DNA of 64,000 nt from Octopus sinensis (GCF_006345805.1 NC_043007.1:53072001-53136000); one strand, 5' to 3'; shown: positions 32,801 through 46,412, counted from the stretch's first letter. Notes: a model not told the origin generated them from the sequence alone. Numbers and translations: made by a program.

Positions 32801-33833
32801 GAAGAAAAGAAAATGAATTACTTAAGGTTGTGAGAGGGAGAATGGCAGTTTATGTCTACCAGCTTCCCCAGCACTCCCCGTAGCTGCTGGGCTTTTCACC
32901 GGCGTTACCACCGGGCTCTGGTTAGGAGTGGCTGCCGGGCTGATAATTAGCTTCCCAGCTATTACCTCCTGGGTAACATCTTTTATGTTTTTGTTTAGCA
33001 AGTGTTCCTGGAGGAACTCCTCCTCTCCGACTTTTGCATATCGCGTGTCGGGCTCCCCACCAGTCATTTAAAAAAAAATTATACGGCTATTAGCCTTGAT
33101 TAGTCGTAAAACCTTCTCGTTTTTTTCATTGAACGATATTATTTTGTCTGATTTTTTGACACCTTTTAACACAGGGGGGTGGGGTTTGTTAAAAAGCTGA
33201 CCTACAAATGTAGTGTTAGCTGGGAGAGATTGGGGAATTTTTTGCTGTTGTTCTTGCGTGTTTGCAGTTTTTCTTTTTGTTTGGGGAGGGGAGTCCGGGG
33301 TGCATTCTTTTTTACGCTTGTATGTCAGTTGTAAATTCCATTTGGTCGCTTTACTTTTGTTTTTTCTCTTTCTGTTTTTCATTATGTTTTTCACATTGTT
33401 TTTTTCTTCCTTTTCTCTTTCGTTTTGCTTCTTTTTGTCACTGTCGTTTTCTTTTTTTTTTTTGAGTGACGCTCTCCTGTCTCACTGCGTTTTGGGTAGG
33501 GACCTCAACTGTTTTTTTTTTCGTACAGGTAGAGCGAACGTGGCCCTTGTGCCCACACTTGAAGCATCTGGGCCTACGACCCTCTACCGACACACGAATT
33601 GTATGTCCCTCCCCTACGGAGATCCTATCAAGCAAACTTTCGAGGGTTTAGTTGTCCCCTTGGACAACCATCTCTAAACTCTGGCCTCTCCAGTTCGTAG
33701 CCTCCTTCATTCTCATGTTCAGTACAGTTACCTTTGCCTCCACGTCGTATACGACTGCCGTTGCTGCCCACATTACATCATACCCGGCCGGTATGTCTTC
33801 TACTGATATTTTTGCTGTTTGCCGGCCTAAGTA
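29889..33833 (-). mobile_element. Tx1-like LINE, 5'-truncated in ORF1 and internally deleted; diverged relative of 937-6165
   Basis: RPRCFKCGHKGHVRSTC; MIKLGCLNVRG...GDFN; YRPIILL; CPRCGVDKKTVQHAIVQC; 3' end ATCATAATAAAGA as in the first copy. Confidence 0.9.
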
Positions 33834-34821
33834 ATGAGGGAAATTACTCTGAAAGAAATCTTTGCCGAAAAAGGAGTAGATTGATTACAAATTTCTTTCA
33901 TTATGTTATCGCAGTTTTGTGAGATTTGGCTGTTATTACTAGCATGTAGATAGCCTGCATGAAGGCCAAGGCCATAGAATCGGCAGGGGTTGGGGTCATT
34001 TTTTTTACAATTTTTTTTTTCAGAATCATCTCCGTATTTCGCAAAAAAAAATTTCTGGAAAAAAATGAAGGGGGAGGGTTGAAATCTTGAAGTTGCGATT
34101 TTTGAAACACCTTTTCCAAATTTAAAATGCCTACCTCAACCTCCTTTCTCCCAAATTAAAAATTTTTCAAATTTCACACCGCCTCTCAGGCAAACCTCAC
34201 ATACAGTCACCCCACACGCATATACAAAAACGTTTTTTTTTTTTCAGCGGGCTCGGGCGGGCGGATTGATGGATGGATGGGTGGATGGATGGATGGGTGG
34301 ATGGATGGATGGCGATCAGTCGTTAAACTGTCACTTATAAACCCACGTGGGTTTATTTACATTTCTGAAGAAAAAAGATATCCTTCCCCCTAACCCCACT
34401 TTACGGAAAGTGACGATATTCTTCAAGTGTAAACAAATACACGTGATGTGGGACTCATATAGAAAGAATGCCCCTGGCAAACTTACGATATGAGTAGTTA
34501 CTGTCAAACTAGAGCACATGCTTTTGTTTACATTTGAAGAAAGAGATCATCGCTTTCCGTAAATTAAAAAAAATTTTTTTATATATATATAAGTCAGCGT
34601 GAAAGTGAGGCAGAGAGAGCGCGAATGGATTGGGGAAGTTCTTTTTAAGTTGGCGTTGCTGCTACCTTTTTTTTTTATGCTAGCGGTTTAATGCTCAGTT
34701 TCATAGATACGTTTTATTAATATGTGAGGTATACTTGCCGTCTCAATATGGCTAACCACTAAGGGTGGGTGTTACTGTAGCTTGTAGCCCCAGGAGAACA
34801 TCGTCTCCAGCTGGATTTAAG

Positions 34822-36778
34822 GGTTAATATAGGGCGTTACGTATATCAGAAAATCAAAAAAAAATGTGTGTAATAGGTGTAAAACAACTTCCTATGAACG
34901 AATATGAAAAAAAAATTCGCGCACGCGAAAGGGGGGTGGGGGAGAGGCCTCGGAAAATTCACATCGGGAAGTTCCGAAAGCGTCTGAGGGGCTGACCCGG
35001 GCACCAAAACAAAAAAAAAATAGTGTAATATGTGTAAAACAACTTGCTCTAAACGAAAATGACAAAAAAAATTCGCACTCGCGAAAGAGGGGTGGGGGAG
35101 AGGCTTCGGAAAATTTATATCGGGAATTTCTGAAAGCGTCTGAACCGGGCACAAAAACAAAAACAAAAACAGCGTAATAGGTGTAAAACAACTTGCTCTA
35201 AACGACTATCATGAAAAAAATGCGCGCTCGCGAAAGGGGGGGTGGGGGAGAGGCTTCGGAAATTTCCCATCTTCAGTCCACGGCCTTTAAACTAAGAAAA
35301 AATAGTGTAATTGGTGTAAAACTACTTGTTCTAAACGAGGATCAAGAACACACACTCACACATGAATCATAAACTCCGTATTTTTGTACATATTTCGCAA
35401 AAAAAAAAAAAAATAATAAAGAGAAGAAATTCTGGAAAAAGTGAAGAAATGTTGGATCTCATTCCTTGGTTAAAGCTATTTTAAACATTAAATTTATGCT
35501 TTTCTTTGAAATAGTTCAGATATATGCAATTCTTCTCACTTATTAAGATGCATTTATCAGAAAAAAAGAGACAGAAAAAATAATTATTTTGTGTCAATCC
35601 TTCCCTAATTATCCTTTATTAATTAGTTTTGGCGTGTATTTTTTTCCCAAATTTATTTTTTCACCTTTACAACACTGTTTAGTAAAGCAATTAATTATCT
35701 TTATAATTTGCATATTTGACTTATTAATCAAAATTCTCTAGATGTAATATATACTAAGTAATGCATCCTTCATTTATGTGTTCCGTTCTGTATTATGCAT
35801 GCGTGACTGTTTGTATGTAAGTGTGTTTAACTGTGCACATGAATGTGAATATTAAAGAACATATTTATTTACTATGATTGTTATTTTCAGAACAAATAAA
35901 TCTTTTGGCTGTTGTGTTATTGATGTTATTATTATTGCTAGTTAAAGGGTGGTGACTTGGCTGAATATTTTGAGTCTTGTAGTATGTAGTTGTGTTAGTC
36001 AATATTCTGAGTTCAAATCCAACTCATTTCTTTATCATCATTGTCGATGGACCACTCAAAGAGGTATGTATACATTATCATTTTCGTAACATATGTTCTG
36101 TAGTATTTCAAGATGTTTCTGACACGTATTTTGATTCACATAGCGGAGATCCAACATTTCTTCACTTTTTCCAGAATTTCTTCTCTTTATTATTTTTTTT
36201 TTTGCGAAATATGTACAAAAATACGGAGTTTATGATTCATGTGTGAGTGTGTGTTCTTGATCCTCGTTTAGAACAAGTAGTTTTACACCAATTACACTAT
36301 TTTTTCTTAGTTTAAAGGCCGTGGACTGAAGATGGGAAATTTCCGAAGCCTCTCCCCCACCCCCTTTCGCGAGCGCGCATTTTTTTCATGATAGTCGTTT
36401 AGAGCAAGTTGTTTTACACCTATTACGCTGTTTTTGTTTTTGTTTTTGTGCCCGGTTCAGACGCTTTCGGAAATTCCCGATATAAATTTTCCGAAGCCTC
36501 TCCCCCACCCCTCTTTCGCGAGTGCGAATGTTTTTGGTCATATTCGTTTAGAGCAAGTTGTTTTACACATATTACACTATTTTTTTTTTGTTTTGGTGCC
36601 CGGGTCAGCCCCTCGGACGCTTTCGGAACTTCCCGATGTGAATTTTCCGAGGCCTCTCCCCCACCCCCTTTCGCGTGCGCGAATTTTTTTTTTCATATTC
36701 GTTCATAGGAAGTTGTTTTACACCTATTACACACATTTCTTTTTGATTTTCTGATATACGTAACGCCCTATATTAACC
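34822..36778. mobile_element. Non-autonomous foldback DNA element: ~640-bp TIRs with ~120-bp internal tandem units, 8-bp TSD
   Basis: GGTTAATATAGGGCG...CGCCCTATATTAACC; TSD GATTTAAG (34814-34821) / GATTTAGG (36779-36786); spacer ~35461-36144 with no ORF. Confidence 0.88.
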
Positions 36779-37492
36779 GATTTAGGCACACTTTCTGTGC
36801 TCTTATGGTATTTGCAAAGGGAGGTCAACCTAAGTGATACGCACGGACTGCAGTTTCTAGGTTTTGACCTGTCATCAGCGTACGGCAATCACCAGTTTTC
36901 GATGAAAGGCGGTCCCAATGCAAACACTTATATCGTTTTTCCAGTAACTTTTCGTCACTGATTTCGAAAAACCGCACGTTTTATCAATATTTTTTCGTTT
37001 ATATTATTTGTTTTGAAATGTATTATATAAATACAGGCCCATAATTCAATTCTTGTTAGTATGAATCAGGAAGCCCTTGGATGCAGAGACGTTTGCAACT
37101 GAAAATCTTTTAATTTTCGTTTTGCACACTCACGCATGTACACACAAACACACACACACAGCGACACACAAGCAGGGTTTTGCACACACACACACACACG
37201 CCTGTACATACAAACACCGACTCACACACTCTCACACATACACACACACTCTCACACACACACACGCACATCAATTCTTCTGATTCACGCCAACTTCAAA
37301 AGAACTTCCCTCATACGCTCTCTGTCTCTTTCGCTTTCACGCCAACTTCAAAAGATCCCATTTCCCCCCAACCCCATATGTAAAAAAAATAAATAAAATT
37401 TTACGGATCATCTTCACAAAAGTAAATAAACATACGTGGTCTGTAACTAGCAGTCGTGTGTTCTTTGTAACGAAAGATCGCCAGAAACCTTT

Positions 37493-38595
37493 TTGGAAGG
37501 GGGCGAGAGGAGGAGTTCCTGGAAAACGGAGTTTCGGATCAGACGGTCCACATAAGTTGGAATTTCTCCGTTTTGACGGAAATTTTTTCCAAATTTTTTT
37601 TTCAGTACAGTCTTTGGGAGGCATCTTTTTACGAAAAAATGAAAAAATTTTTTTTGAAAATCTCTGATTTTTTTTCACTCTCACCACCTCAGTCGGGACC
37701 GATTTTGGCCAATTTTTGTTTTTCACAACGCAAGAGAAACATTTCCGGTTCTAAAATAAATATCTTTTCAGAGGAAAAAGTATGATTTAAGGGAGATTTG
37801 GCTGTTATTTCTAGCACATCCCAAGACCTCACTCTCACATCTATTTATGGAATGATGATGCTAAAGTAACACACGTGTAGACCATTGTTGGGATATAAAC
37901 AGAGAAAAAAAAGTTAGAATTTTTACTCGCACCCCAACTGAGCGCAGCCGTGCATGTGTAAGGAAAAAACATTTTATCAGAAAATTATGCTAACAAAATG
38001 AATAATTTTTTACATACCTCTTATTAAAATCACTCTGGATTAATCTTAATCAGCAATAATCTTCTCAGGCTCTCCAATATTTTAGAATTATATAAACAGA
38101 AACAATCGGGGGCAGAGAGTGGGGATAAAAAATTATAAATTTCAAATTTTTCTTCTTTTTTTTATCATGTAAATGTGTTTTTTTTGGAAAATACTGAAAA
38201 ACATCAACATATTTGAGTGAGAAAAAAACAAGGAGAATAGTCTTGCGATGTGCTAGAAGCAACAGCCAAATCTCCCTTAAATCACCTTTTTCCTCTGAAA
38301 AGATTAATTTTTTTTTAACCAGAAAGCTTTAGTGAAAAAAAAAAAAAAGAAAAGGAAAAAATTGGTCAAAATCAGTCCAGACTGGGGTGGTGAGGAAGCG
38401 GCAGGAGTGAAAAAAATTATAGATTTTCAAAAAATTCTTCATGTTTTTGTGAAAAGATGCCTGCCATAATCCAAAGACTGTGCTGGAAAAAAAATTATAA
38501 AAAATCCCCGTCAAAACGGAGAATTTCCAACTTATGTGGTCCATCTGATGTGAAACTCCGTTTTCTAGAAACTCCTCCCCCCACCCCTTCCAAAA
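37493..38595. repeat. Diverged inverted repeat (~340-bp arms, ~410-bp spacer)
   Basis: 37493-37830 pairs with 38240-38595, e.g. CACATAAGTTGGAATTTCTCCGTTTTGACGG / CCGTCAAAACGGAGAATTTCCAACTTATGTG. Confidence 0.8.
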
Positions 38596-38801
38596 CATTT
38601 TGCCTACAAATTTCTTTGTAATCATAATCTACACTGTTTGAAAGGTATTTGTATAAAATTTCATTAAAAAATACCCATTTTCCTGAAAGTTATGAGGGAT
38701 AAAATGGGTCGTGTGAATTTTCTGAAATTCCTCTCCCCAACTCCTCAGAAAATTTTTTTCAAACAAATCTTTACATACACTCAATCTACAGGAAGAAGAA
38801 A

Positions 38802-41800
38802 AATCCTTCAAAAGGTGATACAAATATGCAGTGTGGCACGCCTATAGTTTAAAACATGCACTTTAAGATAAGCATTATTGCCAATGTGAAAATCGAAAAT
38901 GGTGACCAAAAATCCAAGATGGTGTCCAGCATTAAAAATTATATAATAAACGTCATTTATTATGCAGAATTTTACACAAGTAGCCTTATATTTATCTTTT
39001 GAAGTAATTTTCTATCTTCTTCACTAATTCAGGTTATACAGGTTTCATCATCAATCAAATGCATGGACAGGCACAAAGGGAAGTACAAGGAAGGGCTGAC
39101 TTCTTGCATGTGACTTCCTGCACACTCAGTTTTGCATTGGCACTTTTTAAGTGCTTGGCATTGTTCTGCTATGGCTCTTAGTTCAGTCCAGTGAACAGTG
39201 AATGTGCCATTGTCATTTTTTCCCCACCCCAGATGATAGGTGATGATAGTGCTGGCTTCATCTGGAGAGCCTGGCCCCATATGTGCCCTGCCTGATATAT
39301 AGCTCATTGGATGTGCTGAATAAGAGCTCCTCATGTGGGTGGGATTGTATCATAGTGTCTGTTCTTTTCTGCAAACATGATTTTCCAGGCTTTATTTACA
39401 GACAACTCCGAATTGGATCCATCACACAGTAGAACAACGAATCATTCTATTACTTGCATCTGATCTTCCGTGATGTCTGCACAAAGTGCAGACAGCTGGT
39501 GAAATGTGTTATTGGCTTGAGGAAAAATAACCCAGGTTTGAAAGCAGGATTTTTTGCCTCTTTCTTTAAAAGCATTTACTGTGTCACAACAAACAGGCCT
39601 TCTCCCCAAGCTTACTGACTATGTTGAGGACTGGTAACCATCTCCTGCTTTTATCCATTCTGTACATAACCCACAAGTGGTCTAGACCACATCTCTTCAA
39701 AACAGGGAATGCTGCCACTGCTATGACAACTATATCAATGTCATTTGCAAGGATGGTTGCTCTATTGATGTAGCTGTGCTTCACAGCATTCATGACGTGG
39801 ACTAAAATCCTAGTGTCAGCTTCTTCATGGGAACTGTCAGTCATGTCTTCTATCATTTGTTTTATCTCGTCTTCTTTATTGCTAACACATGATGCCATGG
39901 TTGTAGCAAACACTAGTCCACCAGTAGCTTGTTTCAGCTTATGGGCTAGGAAAGTATGCAGTTCTTTTTTTGTTCTCCTTTTGAAGAAAACCAGGCCAAT
40001 TTTGGGGAACTTTTCCTTTTTTTGGTTACTCAGTGTCAGGATCCCCTACCTCTTTGTTATTTCATAAATGATTTCAGTGACTGTGAATTGTAAATATTGA
40101 ATATTATATCAGTGTGTCTGTACCTCTCAGCATATTTGTTTATCTTTCCAACAAAGTTGTGTTCAGCATAGTCCTTAAAGGTTAGATGCTTGGGTTGAAT
40201 ATTGTGGGCTAGGTGTGCTCTGTCAATGAATATGGCAACAGTTTCTGGCTCGTCTGCTAACATTTCCACCTGCTTCTTTAGGCATGCAATAAGTTCTGAT
40301 TTTGTTCAATGGTAGAGATTTCCATTTGAACTGATGGAAGCTGGGAAGTTAGCATTTTTGCACCTGAAGAACTCTTCGAAATCTACTTGTCTTGTTTGGC
40401 AAGTGATGAACAAGTTTGCAAAAAGATTGCAGTCTTGTTCCACAGCATTCTTAAGCTTCCTTGCAGTCTTTGTTCTGGGCTTGTTGAATATTTTGAAGTT
40501 GTTCTACTTCAAAGTGTGACATACATTTTCTATATTAAATATAAACCACTCAAACTGCTTCATTCCTTCAGGAATGTAGTTCTTCAAAGTATCGACTGCA
40601 TCACTGTCCATTCGTGCTGTGATGTATTGGTATGTTGCCTGATTTTTGATAACTCATCATATTCCCCAACAAGATGACATATCTCCGGCCCTGACACCAT
40701 CCATCTTAGCAAGGCAGACTAATTGTCTGTGATACCTACAGCTTCTCCATCTTCCTTGATTAGAGCATTATTTTGCTCATGGACTTGATCCACTCCGATG
40801 GCAGAGAACAGTCTTTCCATCTTGTGGATCTCAAACCTTCCTGCTGCAAACTCTTCATTGACAGATGGATTGGCCTCAGGCAGTTTTAGCATATCAGTGA
40901 TGTGCACAGAAAACCATCTTGCATAATGGGTGCTGTCATTGGCAAAGAAGTACAACATCAAGGCATTCAGTGAGGCAAGGTACCCTGTGAAATCGCCCAC
41001 CCTGATGGATCTGATAAACCCGAGGATGTACCATGTTCCAATACCAGAACTGGGGTTCCTGAGCTTCTCATTTGGCACACCAGTCATCAAAACTCTTAGA
41101 CTTATCACTTGCCTCATATGCCCTTTAGCTGATACAAGCTGCAGGATGTTACTTGATGTATTCTTCTTGTTTTTGTTACACTAGAGGCAGACAAGAAAGA
41201 ATCAGCTGTGCCAGAGGTTGCAATGTCAGATTCATCACTCACTAGTGTCTACCCACTGCCTTTGCGCAAACTACCAGCTACTCTTAAAATGGCCATCGCA
41301 GTGTGCAGTGAACCCATTAGTATGACAAAACTGCCATCCATTGAATCTGCTTGGCTAGTGCAAACAGTGGCTGATCTACAGCCAGAACTGAACTCTGTCT
41401 GGATTTAAGTGATGTAAGATGCCTTTGATGTGATGCTTGATAGTTGACAGCTCGTTAGAATGGTCTCTTAGGGAATAAGGGCAGACATATCCACATCAAA
41501 TTTCAAATTTTTCACTTGTTAAGCATTGTGTGCTGACCATGTCACTTTAATGGTATTGTCGTAGATTTCTGCAAGAGCTACTGACTGCAACCAGTCATAC
41601 TCAGGTTTTAGATTTGGCACTCCAAGTAAGGTGGGAATGTCACTCGAAGGAAGTATAGGGCACTTCTCCAGAAAAGCTGGTTTTACTTTCGTGTAGCTTT
41701 CTGAGAGCTCAGGAGTCTTTTTGATCTTTTTTCTTTAGAGCCAGTTCTGCTTCAGGCTCTCCTCTTGCGGTACTTTGGAACTGAGAAATACTTGTCCCAT

Positions 41801-43532
41801 GGAATGATGTTCTTGCTGTTGTTGCTTTTGGGTCATAGTCAATGTTATCTACAGCCACAAGTGTGAACATGCTGCACTTCATCTGTGGTGGACACACTAT
41901 GTCATCTTCAACATACTGACTAACAACAGCTTCACCCAGCTGGTTTGATATTTCAAGTATGTGATCATATGAGACAGATAATCCGTGTTCAAACAGTCTG
42001 TCCACTAACTGTTTTTTCCGAGTCCTTGAATACAGAGACAGTCCCAAATAAACAGATAAAGGTGGTTCTCTCTTATTTGAGTGTTTATAACTTGTAGCTG
42101 TGGGCTTTTTCTTGGAACAGCAGTTAAACTGTAGCAATTTAGCCATTGCAACATCAACTTTTGACACACCACTTTCCATTTGCTGCCTTGATACCTGATC
42201 TGTGGGTAAGACAGGTGACAAACTGTTGCAGCTCTGGAGGGACACTTGAGTTTAGGTACTGGCTATCAAACTTACCATCAAATGAACTGGAGCACTGGAG
42301 AATCTTCTTCCTGAGTATATCAGCAGTTTTCAGGATAAGTATGGTTTCATTATAGTTTATTGTGTCTGAAGATGGAACTTATCTGATGTCTTTTTGGAAA
42401 GCTATTATCACATCTCTTCCACAATTATATGCCTCTACCTCTGGAACATGGAACAAGATCCTCTTCTTCAGGTTAGTAGCATTCACATTTGGTTCTGCCA
42501 CATCTAACTGAACTAGCTGTTCACAATACATTTTTGTTAGATCAGCCTGTTGGAATACAGTCACATGATCTGCTCTGGCAGCATTCCTACTTTCATGTAA
42601 CTAAGCAAGTAGTTCAGAGAAAGCAAATGGACATCCACTGTTACTATCACTGTTCTCAAGCCTCCTTTCTTCGGATTTTAAAGAACAAGCTTTGTTTTGC
42701 AGGCCTATATAGCAATGCAGATGATATTTCAGCTCTTGGGCAACTGCATCAGAGCCACTAAGCTTGGTTTGCAATTTGCTATCACTCAAAGTCAGTGCAA
42801 TCTCCCTTAGTGATACACCAATTTGCATTGTTGATGCATGTCTCAAATTTTCCCAAATGTCCTCCTTTTTACAAATGAAACAAATATTCTGTTTTCTGTT
42901 GATGTGCTGCTTTTTGGTCCTTTGCATCATTTCTTTTTAGTGTCTCCTCCATGCCAAGATTGCCTTCATCTAGCCTGGCCAGATTGATGGTTATGGGAAG
43001 GTCACTAAGGAATATTTTTGTGCAGTCTTGTAGCCGTTGCTGTTGGGGAAGTAATGGGTAATTAGCTTGTTGGAGTCTCTCCATAGTGGCATTTTGGCAT
43101 AGGCAGCACTTTGTCCAGTCTGTGGGGATGTGTACGCTTGCCATGTTCATACTTACAAAATTGAAACATATATCAGACATGACAATATGTTACAATGTCT
43201 AAGGGTATTGTTATAAAAATAAAATAAACAGCCTTAAAAGACTCTGAAACAATAGAAGTTCAATACAGTTATGTTATTTTTAATTGTAAATTGGTATTCT
43301 TATTCTACAAATGTTGAGTATGTGTGCATTTGTTTTTGAATGCATTTATGCCTCGTTATGCTAAGTCAGCTGTAGTTCAGTGTGGCAGACAGTGTGTATG
43401 TGACCATTGATGAGAGAGGTTGTGATGGCTGCTATTTTCGATTTTCCCGTTGACAATCATGCCTATCTTAAAGAGCATGTTTTAAATTAGAAGTGTGCCA
43501 AGTTGCATGTTTGTATCACATTTTGAAGGATT
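38802..43532 (-). mobile_element. Decayed Academ-like (XPG/FEN1-type, AcademX) DNA transposon
   Basis: Fragments of one ~1400-aa protein: VAVDNID...FHGTSIS, HYARW, DQVHEQNN (transposase-like), HEEADTR (XPG-like), C-terminal Cys-rich CQC...C...C..LC.C. ~100-bp inverted ends at 38802-38901 / 43433-43532. Classification is from memory of the domain order. Confidence 0.65.
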
Positions 43533-44229
43533 CTTACAATATTTGAAGTTTAACCTATTCACTATAAGCGATTATTTGTTGAAAGTTTCATTAAAAAGTA
43601 TCCATTTTTCTGGAAGTTATAAGGCAATGAAGTTGATGGGTTACATCTGTAGTTATGCCAAAAAACGTTTTATTGCATCAGTGTTTTTCTTTAATCAACT
43701 GTACATGTGTTTTCGTTTCATTTTGCTTGTTATTTCTCGCAAGTCCAAAGCAAAACTTGTGACTATGACAATAATATTATTCTAATTGTATGTAAATATA
43801 AATCTTCAAGTGGTTGGAAGAAAATGAAAAATATGTATACAGTTCTGTGGATAAACGATATACTGGAATTGCCATGGCAACAAACAGTTTCCACTTCTGC
43901 TTGTGAAGACAGTCTTATTTCATTGGCTAAAATTACATAACTTTAAATGCTTCTAACTTCTTTACTATTCGTTTTTGTTTTTTTGAAAAAATAACTACAA
44001 TGTTCATCATGAGCATGCAAAACTGTTGGGTTGGCAAAACAATTCATAGCATTTTTCAGTTGGTGATGTTTAATCATGTGATCTTTTTTATCATCTGACA
44101 AGAACATATGTCATATTTTTCTATTTGAATTTTCTAAGGTCTTCTAGAAATCATGGTATTGTTGCTAAGAGGTGTATGCTTGTTTTATAGACCTTGAAAA
44201 GGTATATGACCACATGGTCCACATGATCA

Positions 44230-44930
44230 TAGAACATGCTGTGGGGGGCTTTGCAGGATTTTGGAATTAATAGGCAATAAATCCTCATACAAATACCCAG
44301 ATGTTTGTGTTCAGATGAATGGTGCTAATTGACAACCTTGCAATGTTGATGTTGTTCTTTGGCAGGAGGGTGTATTTTCACCTTTCTTTTTTTGTGAACT
44401 GGGTTAACATGTGTAGCTTTTGTGGAAGTGATATCACAATGCGTGTAGGATCGGTTGGCAGATATTTGAAGATGACATGGGACTACTTGACTCATCAGAA
44501 GGTCATCTTCAGCATGCACTAAATGGGTTGTTTGCTGCCTCAGAGTTTTTGCTATACCAATTGGTCTGGTCAACCACAGTACACTCAAGATTGTTGGGCT
44601 GGAGTTCAGCCCAATTCAGATTGGACTTGAGGTTGTCTTTATACCTTTTCCTTGGGCAACCTTGGGTGCAACTGCTCTTCTCAAGTTCACTGTAGAATAA
44701 CTGTGGTGACATCCTGGATTGATCCATGGTTCACATGGTCAGTCCATCCAAGCTGGAGACCACCTTCTGATATGCCAAACTGCACCATGTCATCTGCAAA
44801 TATCAACCAACTGATCCTACACTCACTGATCATGAAATCATTTCCACAATGACTGTGCATGCCAATCCAGTTCATAACAATTATGAAAAAGAAAGAATAT
44901 ACACTCCTGCTGAAGTCTAACATCCATATT
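44230..44930 (-). mobile_element. RTE-like LINE 3' remnant
   Basis: IFADD fragment; QGCPRKRYKDNLKSNL...TVVDQTNW. Confidence 0.6.
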
Positions 44931-44941
44931 GAAAGGTTTCA

Positions 44942-45061
<120 letters not shown>

Positions 45062-45228
45062 TAAATGACAGAAATATTTAGGTGAATCTTTATTTAACGA
45101 TAAAAAATCCAAATATCACATCAAAATTGTTTTATTACTCAAAGAACATGTAAATAAACTTATATTTAAGGAACTTGTTTAATGAGTACTTGAATATGGA
45201 TTACTTGAATCCATATATTGTGACTTAA

Positions 45229-45264
<36 letters not shown>

Positions 45265-45266
<2 letters not shown>

Positions 45267-45426
45267 GTGTGGGAGTGGCTATATGGTAAGTAGCTTGCTT
45301 ACCAACCACATGGTTCCAGGTTCAGGCCCACTGCGTGGCACTTTGGGCGGGTGTCTTCTACTATAGCGCCAGGCAGACCAAAGCCTTGTGAGTGGATTTG
45401 GTAGACAGAAACTAAAAGAAGCCTGT

Positions 45427-45516
<90 letters not shown>

Positions 45517-45910
45517 ATATATATAGAGTGGCTGTGTGGTAAGTAGCTTGCTAACCAACCACATGGTTGCGGGTTCAGTCCCACTGCGTGGCATCTTGGG
45601 CAAGTGTCTTCTGCTATAGCCCCGGGCCGACCAATGCCTTGTGAGTGGATTTGGTAGACGGAAACTGTCGTATATATGTATATATATATATATATATGTG
45701 TGTCTGTGTTTGTCCCCCTAGCATTGCTTGACAACCGATGCTGGTGTGTCTACGTCCCCGCCACTTAGCGGTTCGGCAAAAGAGACCGATAGAATAAGTA
45801 CTGGGCTTACAAAGAATAAGTTCCAGGGTCGATTTGATCGACTAAAGGCGGTGCTCCAGCATGGCCGCAGTCAAATGACTGAAACAAGTAAAAGAGTAAA
45901 AGAGTAAAGA
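45265..45910 (+). mobile_element. Two tandem octopus-type SINEs (partial 45265-45427, full 45525-45910)
   Basis: Same sequence as 29322-29690. Confidence 0.85.
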
Positions 45911-45964
45911 GTGTAAATAAATGAAAGAATGGAGTTGAACGACGATTTAACAAAATTCTTTTAT

Positions 45965-46045
45965 TCTCGACATATGTTTCGAAGACTGCATATTCCTAAT
46001 TTCAAAGGAATAAGGGGTGCATTATGCCACCTTCTCATCAGGAAA
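45965..46045 (-). ncRNA. Type I hammerhead ribozyme motif
   Basis: UUUC-CUGAUGA-GAAGGU...GUCUUC-GAAA-CAUAUG-UC-GAGA on the - strand. Confidence 0.75.
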
Positions 46046-46134
46046 GACAAGGAACTTGTCCATCGCTATGGACTCCGTGTGGGCAGTCATCTAAAAGTTT
46101 TTGTTCATCATGATGCTGACATAAGTTCCTTGTC

Positions 46135-46215
46135 TTTCCTGATGAGAAGGCGGCATAATGCACCCCTTATTCCTTCGAAATTAGGAATATGCAGTCTTCG
46201 AAACATATGTCGAGA
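46135..46215 (+). ncRNA. Type I hammerhead ribozyme motif
   Basis: CUGAUGA 46139-45, helix II GAAGGC/GUCUUC, GAAA 46200-03, palindromic CAUAUG, GUC cleavage triplet ending at 46211. Confidence 0.78.
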
Positions 46216-46412
46216 ATAAAGGAATTTTGTTAAATCGTCGTTCAACTCCATTCTTTCATTTATTTGTATTTAAAAAAAACACACAAATTTCCACACGAAA
46301 GCACGTGATCTCTGCCCTTGGCATGTAGCTTCAACCGTGTTTTTCTGACGTGAATTTGCTACCTGGGTATCGGTTAACCGAATTATCCATACTAGGATAA
46401 TTCATTCAACTA

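Larger units (their letters stand above)
45915..46265. repeat. Near-perfect hairpin: 143-bp arms, 65-nt loop
   Basis: 45915-46057 vs 46123-46265, three mismatches by eye. Confidence 0.92.

Noticed and set aside
37787-38280. TTAA-flanked MITE (Kolobok/piggyBac-like) at 37791-38276
   Set aside because: Inverted symmetry continues ~300 bp beyond both TTAA sites, so they are internal to a larger foldback rather than a TSD.
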